Source: a bacterium (GTDB lineage: Bacteria; UBA8248). Taken from it: a stretch of DNA of 64,000 bases. Under the pieces are notes generated by a model. The model searched no databases. It worked only from the letters and a program-made list of their open reading frames with translations, and was not told the DNA's origin. The position numbers and the translations under genes are program-made. Where the stretch lies: assembly GCA_965213625.1 (NCBI GenBank), contig CBDBZU010000004.1, positions 2,432,001 through 2,496,000 on the forward strand, given 5' to 3'. This document shows, piece by piece, positions 49,362 to 58,093 of the stretch (the stretch's first letter is position 1; every line of letters begins with the position of its first letter).

Positions 49362-50507
49362 TTAAGATTTTCTTTTGAGTTGCACTCTCTTGCTGCCTGC
49401 GCCCTCGCCCAGCGCGCCGCCCTTGCGGCGGTGACGGATGAGTTCGGCGACGATGGCGACCCCAATTTCGCCCGGCGTATCGGCGCCGATGTCCAGTCCG
49501 ATGGGCGCATGGACGCGCTCGATGAGTTCGCCTCTGTCGTAGCCCTTGTCCTGAAGATGGCGATAGGTGAGCAGCACTTTGCTTTTGGAGCCGATCATCC
49601 CGATGTAGCGCGCGGGTGTCTTCATCGCCCATTCGAGGACGACCTCGTCGTTCGAATGGCCCCGGGTGATGATGGCGAGATAATCGGACTCATCGACCGG
49701 AATTTTCTCGAAAATTTCAGGGCATTCTCCGACGAAGAACGATTCCGCCATCGGGAAGCGCTCCTTGTTGGCGAACGAGGGCCTGTCCTCGACAATCGAA
49801 ACCCGGAAACCTGCGAGATAGGCCGCCTGCGCGACGCAGAATGAGACGTGCCCGCCGCCGAATATATAGACGAGTGGCTGGCCGGAAATGGGTTCGACAA
49901 AAATTTCGGTTGCCCCTTCGAGCGTGGGTCTTTTTCCGCTCGCGCGCGCGGCGTCCGTGTTGAACTGCAGGAGTGTGGGGCTGCCGTTTCGGATGATTTG
50001 CGTGCTCTCCGCCCAGATCTCCGTGGAATAGGTGGGAATCTCGCCCACGGCGCTGCCGTCGCGCCTGAAGAGCATTTTTCTGGCTTCCGGCGCCGGGACC
50101 TCGAGATCGCCCGGCTGAACGATGGTCGCCAGCGCCGCGCTGCCGCCCTGGTTTCTGATCTGGTTGATCTCATCGAGCAACTCTTCCTGAAATGCCTGGA
50201 AAGGTTCCACGAGTATCTCCACGACGCCACCGCATATGTGGCCGCTGTCTTCGGCTTCCTGCTGGGTGAGGTCGAACCTCAGCTTTTCGGGTTCGCCCGA
50301 CTCGAGGACGCTCATCGCGGTTTCCCACACTTCGGCTTCGAGACAACCGCCCCCGACGGTGCCTTCCGTGCTGCCGTCTTCGCGCACGAGCATCTTCGCA
50401 TCGCCGCTCATGGGCGCGGACCCCTTTCGAGCAACGACGGTGGCGAGCGCGCCGCCCTGGCCGTCTTCCTTGAGCTTTGCCATCTCCCTGAATACGTCCT
50501 TGCTCAT
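49362..50507 (-). CDS. xdhC: XdhC/CoxF family molybdenum cofactor insertion chaperone
   Basis: LATVV..KGSAP, GTVGGGCLE, CGG, FGGGHV, TRGHSND, YIGMIGS, APIGLDIGA.TPGEI. Confidence 0.92.
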   Translation of the reverse strand: MSKDVFREMAKLKEDGQGGALATVVARKGSAPMSGDAKMLVREDGSTEGTVGGGCLEAEVWETAMSVLESGEPEKLRFDLTQQEAEDSGHICGGVVEILVEPFQAFQEELLDEINQIRNQGGSAALATIVQPGDLEVPAPEARKMLFRRDGSAVGEIPTYSTEIWAESTQIIRNGSPTLLQFNTDAARASGKRPTLEGATEIFVEPISGQPLVYIFGGGHVSFCVAQAAYLAGFRVSIVEDRPSFANKERFPMAESFFVGECPEIFEKIPVDESDYLAIITRGHSNDEVVLEWAMKTPARYIGMIGSKSKVLLTYRHLQDKGYDRGELIERVHAPIGLDIGADTPGEIGVAIVAELIRHRRKGGALGEGAGSKRVQLKRKS

Positions 50508-50538
50508 TCCCTGCTCCGCCTACGAGAAGTGATGATCT

Positions 50539-51366
50539 CTACGCATCCGGCGTAATCCGTAAGATAACTTCACATACGTTGTTAATACAAGATGTGAAGA
50601 GGATTCCGTCCGCCGGGCCATGAGGCTTGCCTGCAAACTTCCATACAATATATGCGATTTCTCGTAATTTTTCCAGTGAGGTCTCCATATCGGCCTTGTT
50701 CACGACGATCCACTTGCACGTTCCCTCTTCGACCTTATGAAAAAGGCCGTCAGGATGTGCGCACAGTTTCCCGACAGCATGGGGCGTAATTTCCTCACCG
50801 GTTCTAATTCCGCAGATCCGCGCGAGCGCCTCGGGACGAAAAACGTGCGCCTTATCCAAGGTCGCGCCCAGCGCGTCGAATCCAACAACGCCCAATACAA
50901 TGTCGAGATTTTCGGGCAATACGGGTTCATCGGGTCCCGGCGTTTTGATGGGCAATCTTCTGGCTCCGTCCGCCTCGATGAGCATGAGGGCGCCTGGGAG
51001 CCTCAGGCGGGTGATTTCCGAGGGTGTGAAACCGCTCAGCTTCATGCGCTGTTCGCTCTCATGGCCCGGAACCGGGGCTATCCCCTCTCGCCTGCGAGCG
51101 AACCAGGATATGCCGCATGCGTTCATATAGGGTTTGAGGTTATTTGAGAGGGTCTCGGCGTCGCCCAAAGCGAGTTGGAGTTTTTCTTCCGGCAGCGGCG
51201 CGAAAATCTTCGTTGTAGTCGTGAGAATTGCAGGTTTTCCAATTTGCGCATGAAACTGCCTGGCGATGGCCGTCAGCAGGCTCGTTTTCCCGCCACCGCC
51301 GACCGCCGCGACGCTCTGGCCTGGCGTGATGCCGAGAGAACGGACAACGTCTTCTCCCGTTACCAA
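50539..51366 (-). CDS. yqeC: YqeC selenium-dependent hydroxylase accessory protein
   Basis: VGGGGKTS, TTTTKI, IEADGARRLPIK.P..DEP..P, VVG.DALG, VNKAD. Confidence 0.88.
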   Translation of the reverse strand: MVTGEDVVRSLGITPGQSVAAVGGGGKTSLLTAIARQFHAQIGKPAILTTTTKIFAPLPEEKLQLALGDAETLSNNLKPYMNACGISWFARRREGIAPVPGHESEQRMKLSGFTPSEITRLRLPGALMLIEADGARRLPIKTPGPDEPVLPENLDIVLGVVGFDALGATLDKAHVFRPEALARICGIRTGEEITPHAVGKLCAHPDGLFHKVEEGTCKWIVVNKADMETSLEKLREIAYIVWKFAGKPHGPADGILFTSCINNVCEVILRITPDA

Positions 51367-53132
51367 GTGCGGCTCTCCAAGCCGCCGAGCAGTTCACGCC
51401 TCAGGATGTTCACGAGTTCGGTGGAGAGCTGGGAGAGGTCCTGCACTACGATGTGGTTGGGGTAAATTTGCTCCACGAAGGGGTCCACCACACCGACGCC
51501 GATGACGCGGACGCCGAGTTTCTGCAGCCGGTTCACCGTGTTGACGAGGTGGGTCGCATCTCCGTTGGGCTGGCCGTCAGAGGTGATGATGATGATTTTC
51601 TCTTCCTCGGGCCGCTGGATGAGCCTGCGGTAGGCGAAGAGCAGGTGTTCTTCGTCCCAGTTGTTGAAGCGGGGATAGATGTTGACGAGCCTGTTCTTGA
51701 CCTGGGCGAAATGATCCTCGAAACCCTTGTAGATGCGATGCTGGAGCGGGGAGTGGCGGATGTGGCGGAACTTGAATGCCGGTATGTGGCCCAGGGCCGC
51801 CGCCATGGCGGCTTCAGAACTCTCGGTGGAGTAACCGATGACCTCGAAGGGTACTTCGAGGCGGTCGAGCGCTTCGGCGAAGAAGATGGTCGCCTCCCTG
51901 GCGGCCATGTACTTCGACTCGCGGTTCATGCTGCCGCTCTCGTCCACGAGCAGCGTGAAGCACACATCGAGCTTTTCGGGCTCTTCTTTCCGGTGGAAGA
52001 GATGGAATTTCCCCAGCCTTTGCTTCCACAGTTTGGGGAGATTCAGCTTGCCCGAGCGATGCGACCCGCTGAAGCGGGTGTAGGTTCTCTCCTGGATGAT
52101 CTGCATCAGCTTCCAGACCAGCACCTTGATGTGGCTGCCCGCATTATCGATGACCGCCGCGTATTCCTCGGTCTTGCCCTCGGGTGGTAATACGATGGAC
52201 CTCTCGTCGGGATGATCTGCAGTGGGGTGGATTTCCTTCTTGTTCCCTTCGAGTTCGAACCAGGGTGCTGCCCAGTGCCCGAGCGCTGCGAGTTCCTCGG
52301 GACTCAGTTCGACCTCCTCGCCCACATCTTCTTCGTTGATTTCCTCGGTAGCCTCGGGGTGAAGCATTTCGAGGGCTTCATCGTCGTCGCCCTCGAGGTT
52401 CTGGCTCTCGATTTTCTGCAGAATCTCTTCGGGAACCTCCGAGAGGTCCTGATCCTCATTCATCCGGGAGAGTTGCTCTTCGGTGAGATAGCGCTGGATG
52501 GCGTTGTAGATTTCATTGGCGCAATCAAAGGCGGTTTTTGGGTCATCGGCGGCGCAGGCGCGGTCTATCAGCGGGATGAGCCTGTGAAAAATCTGGACGA
52601 CGGCGGTATCGAACCAGGCCGCGGGCAAATCCCCGGGCCGCGAGGAGGGGACGCCGGGCGTCTGTCCGATTCCGGCGAGATAGATTCCCCACTGAATCTG
52701 GAGAAACAAGGGGAGTTGTCCGCTCATCTGGTTGCGTTCGGCCGCCTCAATGGCCGGGAGAATGAAGGCGCGGAAATTTTTCTTTGTGCCGGGCAGCGAT
52801 TCAGCGAGGCGGTTTTCGCACCGCGCGTCCTCGAGTGTGTGCCATATGTGGAAAAGTCCCGGCCTCTCGCGATTCGCGAGCGCGGCGCGCCCCGCCCAGC
52901 GGAACGTCCCCTGGATTTTGTGGGCCACCTCGATGAGCGTCATGCCCTTCTGGAACCTGAGGACGTGCTCGTCGTTCAGGTCGCCGCCCAGGCGCGCCAG
53001 GGTTTGTTCGGGGTCTTCGACGTGAATGGCGTCATCGCCGTTCTTCGCCTTTGGGCCGAAGTTCAGTGCGAGTTCGTAATCGTGCGCTGTCACCTGTGCG
53101 AGCGCTTCGAGACGGGCGCGTCGGCGTTCCAT
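51360..53132 (-). CDS. VWA-domain protein (NorD/CbbO/CobT-like)
   Basis: N-terminal LEDARCE motif, acidic linker, SGKLN, MIDAS LLVDESGSM...SDGQP, IGVGV. Confidence 0.85.
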   Translation of the reverse strand: MERRRARLEALAQVTAHDYELALNFGPKAKNGDDAIHVEDPEQTLARLGGDLNDEHVLRFQKGMTLIEVAHKIQGTFRWAGRAALANRERPGLFHIWHTLEDARCENRLAESLPGTKKNFRAFILPAIEAAERNQMSGQLPLFLQIQWGIYLAGIGQTPGVPSSRPGDLPAAWFDTAVVQIFHRLIPLIDRACAADDPKTAFDCANEIYNAIQRYLTEEQLSRMNEDQDLSEVPEEILQKIESQNLEGDDDEALEMLHPEATEEINEEDVGEEVELSPEELAALGHWAAPWFELEGNKKEIHPTADHPDERSIVLPPEGKTEEYAAVIDNAGSHIKVLVWKLMQIIQERTYTRFSGSHRSGKLNLPKLWKQRLGKFHLFHRKEEPEKLDVCFTLLVDESGSMNRESKYMAAREATIFFAEALDRLEVPFEVIGYSTESSEAAMAAALGHIPAFKFRHIRHSPLQHRIYKGFEDHFAQVKNRLVNIYPRFNNWDEEHLLFAYRRLIQRPEEEKIIIITSDGQPNGDATHLVNTVNRLQKLGVRVIGVGVVDPFVEQIYPNHIVVQDLSQLSTELVNILRRELLGGLESRTW

Positions 53133-53146
53133 GCCTCATCTCCCGG

Positions 53147-54031
53147 CTAGAAGTGGTTGTCTACGATATCCTCGAGCACTTTGGCGTCGAAAGAATTGAC
53201 CTTGCTGAAGATGGTAGAGATGGCGGCCTCCATGGGGTCGAACTGTGCCGCCATACGCGCCCAGTCGATGAGACGCCGGGTGCTGAACGTGCAGAATACC
53301 TTTTCGTTCAGCATGGCCTCGCGCACGTCGTGGCCCACGCGCACCATGCGCTTGATGAGCTCCTCATCGCGGTTCCCGCTCTGCTGCATGATGACCTCGA
53401 CTTCCGCGTCGAAGGGCAGGTAGTTCATCTTGACGGTGACGGGGAATCGATCCAGTAGCGCCTCGTTCAGGGGCTTGGTGCCCCCGTATCTGCGATCCTC
53501 ATGCGGGTTCATGCTGGCGAAAAGCCTGAAATTCGGATGAGGCTTGATGATGCGGCCGTCGTATTCGGATAAGACGATCATGCGGTCGTCGTCGAGCAGG
53601 CTGTGCAGGCAAAAGGCGATTTCGGGCAGGCACGCGTTGATCTCGTCGATAAGGAGCCAATCGCCCGACTGCATGGCGTCGACCAGGATGCCGTTCACCC
53701 AGTAGGTGCCCTGTTCGTTGATCATCAGTTTGCCCACGAACTCATCGACCGTTGTCATGCCGTTCAGGTTCACGCGACGGAAGCCGTTGTTCGTCATGTG
53801 GGCAAGGTGGCGCACCGAGAGGGTTTTGCCGACGCCGGTCTCCCCCACGAGGAGGACGGGGAGGTTCTTGCTCACCGCCCACGCGATGCGCTCGAGCGCA
53901 TCGCCCGCCGCGAGATAGAATTGGGTCGGAGGAACGAAGGAATTCCCGTTCGACTCATTGATCGGAATTTCGCTTCGCCCGATGCGGTAGGCGCCGTTTT
54001 CCACCGTTTCACTCAAAATTTCGGTACTCAA
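53147..54031 (-). CDS. MoxR-class AAA+ ATPase (CbbQ/NirQ/NorQ/CobS-like)
   Basis: Walker A GETGVGKT, Walker B LLIDEIN, HPNFRLFASMNP, LNEALLDRF, sensor STRRL. Confidence 0.9.
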   Translation of the reverse strand: MSTEILSETVENGAYRIGRSEIPINESNGNSFVPPTQFYLAAGDALERIAWAVSKNLPVLLVGETGVGKTLSVRHLAHMTNNGFRRVNLNGMTTVDEFVGKLMINEQGTYWVNGILVDAMQSGDWLLIDEINACLPEIAFCLHSLLDDDRMIVLSEYDGRIIKPHPNFRLFASMNPHEDRRYGGTKPLNEALLDRFPVTVKMNYLPFDAEVEVIMQQSGNRDEELIKRMVRVGHDVREAMLNEKVFCTFSTRRLIDWARMAAQFDPMEAAISTIFSKVNSFDAKVLEDIVDNHF

Positions 54032-54882
54032 TTCGCATACTCCATGGCTGATACGCCGAACAGAAACATCATGATGGCTTCGAGCGCGCCACCGCCGATG
54101 GCGCGCGATTTATCGGATATCGTGTGGCAATGGGAGGGCTCGGCTCTCGGGTCGACGTCACCCACCTTGAAGCCCTCGCTCACCTCGATGCCGTCTCTAA
54201 GGAGACCTCGCAAAACGCCGTCAATGGAGGAGCGAACCTCCGCATCATTCACGCGGGCGACGACCTCTCCCTCGCTCACGACGTCGCCGATCCTGGCGAT
54301 GGAGGTGAAGACGCCGGCATTGGGCGCGCGCAGCAGCCGCTCGGTGGTGTAGCCGCCGATGGGGCCCGGAATGCCCGTGTTGGCCTTCGCTGCTCCCTCC
54401 AGAATCACCCGCCCCAGGTCGTGGCCCCGGGAGGTCTCGATGACGGCGTGGCAATCTGCGCCGGCCGTGAAGCCCGGCCCCAGGCCGACGACGACTTCCG
54501 CGTCCTCGATTCGAGTACCGAGGTTTCGCTTCGCAAGAATCGCGTCTACCACGGCGGCGGGCTGGAGGTGATGTATCACCTCGGCTTGCGGGTCCACCAT
54601 CACCGGAATCGAACCCGCCTCCAGGATGGCGCGCGCGCGCGTCGATTTCTCTTCTGCGGACTCCCCGTCCGCCTGGGCGGAGGTAACGCCTTCCACTCTC
54701 CACTCATCGGCGTATAGACACTCGGCAAAGGAGACGGTGCGCCTCACCATGGTGGGGTTTTCGATTTCGGTAATCGCGACCGGAAATCCCGCCCGGTATA
54801 GGCGGTGCGCCACTCCGGTGGCGAGGTCGCCGCCTCCCTTGAGGAGCACGAGCGTCTCGGCGATGGACCTGCGGCTGCTCAT
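54028..54882 (-). CDS. yqeB: YqeB selenium-dependent molybdenum hydroxylase system protein
   Basis: KGGGDLATGVA.RL, RRTVSF, DAILAKRNLGT, LGPGF.AG.D, ET.RGH.LG, NTG.PG, GVLRGL, KVGDVDPR, ISDKSRAIGG. Confidence 0.93.
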   Translation of the reverse strand: MSSRRSIAETLVLLKGGGDLATGVAHRLYRAGFPVAITEIENPTMVRRTVSFAECLYADEWRVEGVTSAQADGESAEEKSTRARAILEAGSIPVMVDPQAEVIHHLQPAAVVDAILAKRNLGTRIEDAEVVVGLGPGFTAGADCHAVIETSRGHDLGRVILEGAAKANTGIPGPIGGYTTERLLRAPNAGVFTSIARIGDVVSEGEVVARVNDAEVRSSIDGVLRGLLRDGIEVSEGFKVGDVDPRAEPSHCHTISDKSRAIGGGALEAIMMFLFGVSAMEYAN

Positions 54883-54887
54883 AGCGT

Positions 54888-55280
54888 CTAATCTTCCACG
54901 AAGGCGATCGCGTCTATCTCGATGAGCCACTCGGGTTTCGCCAGGCCGCTCACGACAATGAGCGTGCTCGCCGGGTAGGGTTCGCCGAAATATGTCTGCC
55001 GCACTTCCATGCATCCCGGGACATTCGCAGAGTCGGTGATATAGACCGTAAGGCGGATGATGTCCTCCATACCGGCGCCTGCTGCTTCAAGGGCGGCATT
55101 GATGTTCTCGTACACCTGGCGGGTCTGGGCCTTGATGTCATTGCCGCCGACCGAATTGCCGTCCACGTCTACCGCCACCTGGCCCGCCAGCATGATGAGA
55201 TGTCCGTTCGATACCTTCCAGCCCGTGGAATACGCGGCGACCGGCTTCACTTTGTCCGAGTTGATTTGTTGTTTCGCCAT
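54888..55280 (-). CDS. RidA/YjgF/YER057c family protein
   Basis: AYS, AGQV, Q.RQ..ENI..L..AG, PAST..VS.L..PEWLIEIDAIA. Confidence 0.9.
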   Translation of the reverse strand: MAKQQINSDKVKPVAAYSTGWKVSNGHLIMLAGQVAVDVDGNSVGGNDIKAQTRQVYENINAALEAAGAGMEDIIRLTVYITDSANVPGCMEVRQTYFGEPYPASTLIVVSGLAKPEWLIEIDAIAFVED

Positions 55281-55582
55281 TGGGTTCTCCCTTTCGCATC
55301 TCATCAGAAAGAAAAAATCATCTTTCCAGGAAACGGAAATCTAGCACGGGGTCGGACCAGAGGCAACGCAAACGGGTGGATTTATCGTGTTGCATCGGCT
55401 CAAAAAGAACTTTGAGTAGAGGCGAATGAGCACCTCCGGTGATCACCCGGAATGACGCGATATTTCGTGAAATGGGCTAGTTCGTGTGATATGCTTCGCC
55501 CGTTATTATGAGCCAATCCGCCAAACCGGTATAGGGCATACGGGGGAATTTGTGCTTCGCCGGGCAAACGGAGAGAGGACCC

Positions 55583-56182
55583 ATGGGAAAATTGCCGAAG
55601 TTCGACATGGACGAGGTGTTGACGAAAGCGATGGGCCAATTCTGGCGTCACGGCTATTCGGCGACGTCGATTCGCGATCTCGAGAACGCCACAGGCCTGT
55701 TCAGAGGGAGCTTGTACCACGCGTACGGCGATAAGCGCGAGATGTTTTTCCGTGCGCTCCACCGTTACGACAAGCTCTACCGTGAAAACCCGATAAATGA
55801 ACTCGAAAAGCATCCCTCGCCGCGAGAGGCGGTGTTGTCCGTGTTCGAGGCAGCCGCCTCGCAGGTGACGGAAAACGGCTCGAGCGATGGCTGTCTCGAA
55901 GTCAACATCGCCTTGGAGCTTGGCGCGCACGACCCGGATGTTTCTTCGTTCGTGGCCGGCGCATTCGCCGGCATGGCGGAGTTTATTCGGGCTTCCATCG
56001 AACGGGGGCAGGCCTGCGGAGAAATTTGTCCCGAAGTCGACCCGGAGCAGACGGCGAAGTCTCTGCTTGCGCTGTTCCTCGGGCTCAGGGTGCTGGCGCG
56101 CGTCTCTCCCGATCAGAGCTTTCTGGAAAGCGTCGTCAAACAAGCCGGAGCTCTTTTACCGACGCCGGAAGCGGTTTCCTAG
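55583..56182 (+). CDS. TetR/AcrR family transcriptional regulator
   Basis: FW.HGYSATS..DL..ATGL..GSLY.AYGDK, GCL. Confidence 0.92.
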   Translation: MGKLPKFDMDEVLTKAMGQFWRHGYSATSIRDLENATGLFRGSLYHAYGDKREMFFRALHRYDKLYRENPINELEKHPSPREAVLSVFEAAASQVTENGSSDGCLEVNIALELGAHDPDVSSFVAGAFAGMAEFIRASIERGQACGEICPEVDPEQTAKSLLALFLGLRVLARVSPDQSFLESVVKQAGALLPTPEAVS

Positions 56183-56307
56183 ATTTGGACACCTCGTGAG
56201 GGATTCGGGCGGGTCGGCTCTTGGAGGGTGAGCGGAGTATCTCCCGGTCGTTTAATTCTTCTTCGGTCGGGATGGATTGTTGATCCGTCAATTGGTGGAA
56301 CCCAGCA

Positions 56308-56354
56308 GCAGGGACAGGTCGCGACCTCGGACAGGCACAGGGGCCTGTCCCTAC
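56308..56354 (-). repeat. GTAG-type REP element(s)
   Basis: The minus strand reads GTAGGGACAGGcccctgtGCCTGTCC; a degenerate inverted partner gcagggacaggtcgcgacct starts at 56308. Confidence 0.6.
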
Positions 56355-56373
56355 ATATCACTCTGACTCTATA

Positions 56374-57450
56374 TCAACTGGTGTCGATCTTTTGCGTCAC
56401 CGAGCGCGTGGGGCCGAAAGTGGGCATGTAGCAAGAGTGCTTGCCGGCCCCGCCCGTGACGATGAGGATCAAATCCTCCGGGCCGTCGAGAAGCGGGATA
56501 TCGAAATCGTCCTCGTCCTCGTGTTTGGCTATTTCCTCGCCCCAGGTCTGCATCCCCCACATGGCGCCGCGCTTTAACTGGCCCACGGGCTTTCGCGCGA
56601 GCTCGACGATTCTCCGCTTCACGTCCGCTTTCGTCAGGCCGTCCCCCGCGATGGTCGTCGCGTGCTCGGGGCCCAGGGCGAGAACGGGTTCGCCGCGCAG
56701 ATAGAAATTGTTGCTCCCCATGATGGACATGGTGTCGGCGGCGGTGGCGAGAATTCCCTCCGCCGTGTGGCTCACGTGATCGTTGATGTTGTGGGGTCCC
56801 TCGCAGCCCACGAGCGTCACGGCGCTCTCCTCGCGCGTAAACCCGCGCTCCACGTGCAACGGCTCCCAGGGCGAGGCCGCCTCGTTCTCGGCGATGCAGA
56901 ACGCGTATTTCGCGGGCGTTCCTTGCGTGGCACGGTCCAGGACGCCGGGGCTCGCCCCGCCTATGTTCAGGAGCGTCAGGCGCATTGCGCGGCCGATAGT
57001 CGCATTCGCCCTGTTGCCGGGGGCGAAGCATCCATATTCCGCATTCAGGCCGATTCCTTCGACGACCGGGCCGTTCACTATGATGAGAGGCGCCACCGGG
57101 TGTGTCGTTGCCTGAATGGCGTGGAGCGAGAACTCGGGCGCCAGCACCGCCCGGACCGCTGCCACCAGAACGGGCATATACGCCGGATGACAGCCGGCCA
57201 TCACGGCGTTCACGGCGAGGGCCTCGACCGTGATGACTCCCTGGCGGGGCGGCATGAGGCCGATTTCCACATCGGATGCCAAGCCTGAGCCCTCCACCAT
57301 CCGAGCGACGCGCTCGGGCGTGGGGGGAACGACGGGCAGGCCGTCGCTCCATCCCCGGGCTTCGAGCAGGCGCGCCATCGCCTCCGGCGTGTCGCGGACC
57401 TTCACGCGCTCGCTTTCAAACGCCATATCTTCCTGAGAGTGGTCGTTCAT
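56374..57450 (-). CDS. Conserved UGSC-associated protein of unknown function
   Basis: GWSDGLPVVPPT.ERV, AVNAVMAGC, IVNGP, RANATIGRA, AENE..SPW; a family usually adjacent or fused to UGSC domains (recalled). Confidence 0.8.
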   Translation of the reverse strand: MNDHSQEDMAFESERVKVRDTPEAMARLLEARGWSDGLPVVPPTPERVARMVEGSGLASDVEIGLMPPRQGVITVEALAVNAVMAGCHPAYMPVLVAAVRAVLAPEFSLHAIQATTHPVAPLIIVNGPVVEGIGLNAEYGCFAPGNRANATIGRAMRLTLLNIGGASPGVLDRATQGTPAKYAFCIAENEAASPWEPLHVERGFTREESAVTLVGCEGPHNINDHVSHTAEGILATAADTMSIMGSNNFYLRGEPVLALGPEHATTIAGDGLTKADVKRRIVELARKPVGQLKRGAMWGMQTWGEEIAKHEDEDDFDIPLLDGPEDLILIVTGGAGKHSCYMPTFGPTRSVTQKIDTS

Positions 57451-57462
57451 ATGGCAACCCGC

Positions 57463-58071
57463 CTATGCGAAGAGCGCCTTGTGGCGCACCGTCTTGCGGG
57501 GCGGGACGTATTCGCGCTCCCGGTATTCTCGCCTGAGCGATTCGGCATCGCTCGTGAGGATGCGCCGCACTTCCTCCACCGCGCCGTCTCCCAGCGCGCG
57601 CGCTTGTTCCGGCGCGATTCCCCCCACCGGATGCGCGACGACGACTATCGGCAGGCCGGGCATCCCCAGCGCTGTTCTCTCGTTCGCGCCCAGGGCCGAG
57701 AATTCACTGGAACAGAACGTGGCCGTCGGAACGCCCGCTTTTTCCATCTCCACCGAGTCATGGATACTCCATGACGTGCAGCTCCCTCAGTCGCCCACCG
57801 CGCAGACGGCCAGGTCGACCTGTTCGAGGAATTCCTCCAGGCGATCCTCCGGCAGGGTGGGGTTCGGTTTTCCCCATCGGACGATGCGCAGCGCTTCGTC
57901 CTCTTGCGCGAGAAGCTCCTCGATCCGCTCCAGCAGGACGTCGGCGTTCGGCTTGTTGTTGTGGAAGAAACCGATGCTGAGACACCCGATATCTTCGGGC
58001 CGCTCCGCCAGGGGGTGGTCGCCCGCACGGACGAAAGAGGTGGGTTTCACGATTTCAATCATCTGGCTCAT
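57463..58071 (-). CDS. UGSC-family selenoprotein (Sec at TGA 57787-57789), 202 aa
   Basis: ORF 57787-58071 (...AVGD) reads in frame through TGA into GSCTSWSIHDS and ORF 57463-57753, giving a GD-U-GSC (UxxC) motif with a SECIS-like hairpin. Confidence 0.88.
57751..57778 (-). promoter_or_regulatory. Bacterial SECIS-like hairpin
   Basis: mRNA reads UGA + 11 nt + GUCAUGGA-GUA-UCCAUGAC (perfect 8-bp stem, G-first loop) with a lower CAC/GUG pairing. Confidence 0.75.
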
Positions 58072-58093
58072 CTCGAATCTCCGTAATGGGGAA

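Noticed and set aside
57787-58071. Nonsense-mutated pseudogene or two separate small genes
   Set aside because: The TGA sits in a UxxC motif with a correctly spaced hairpin, so Sec read-through is the better explanation.
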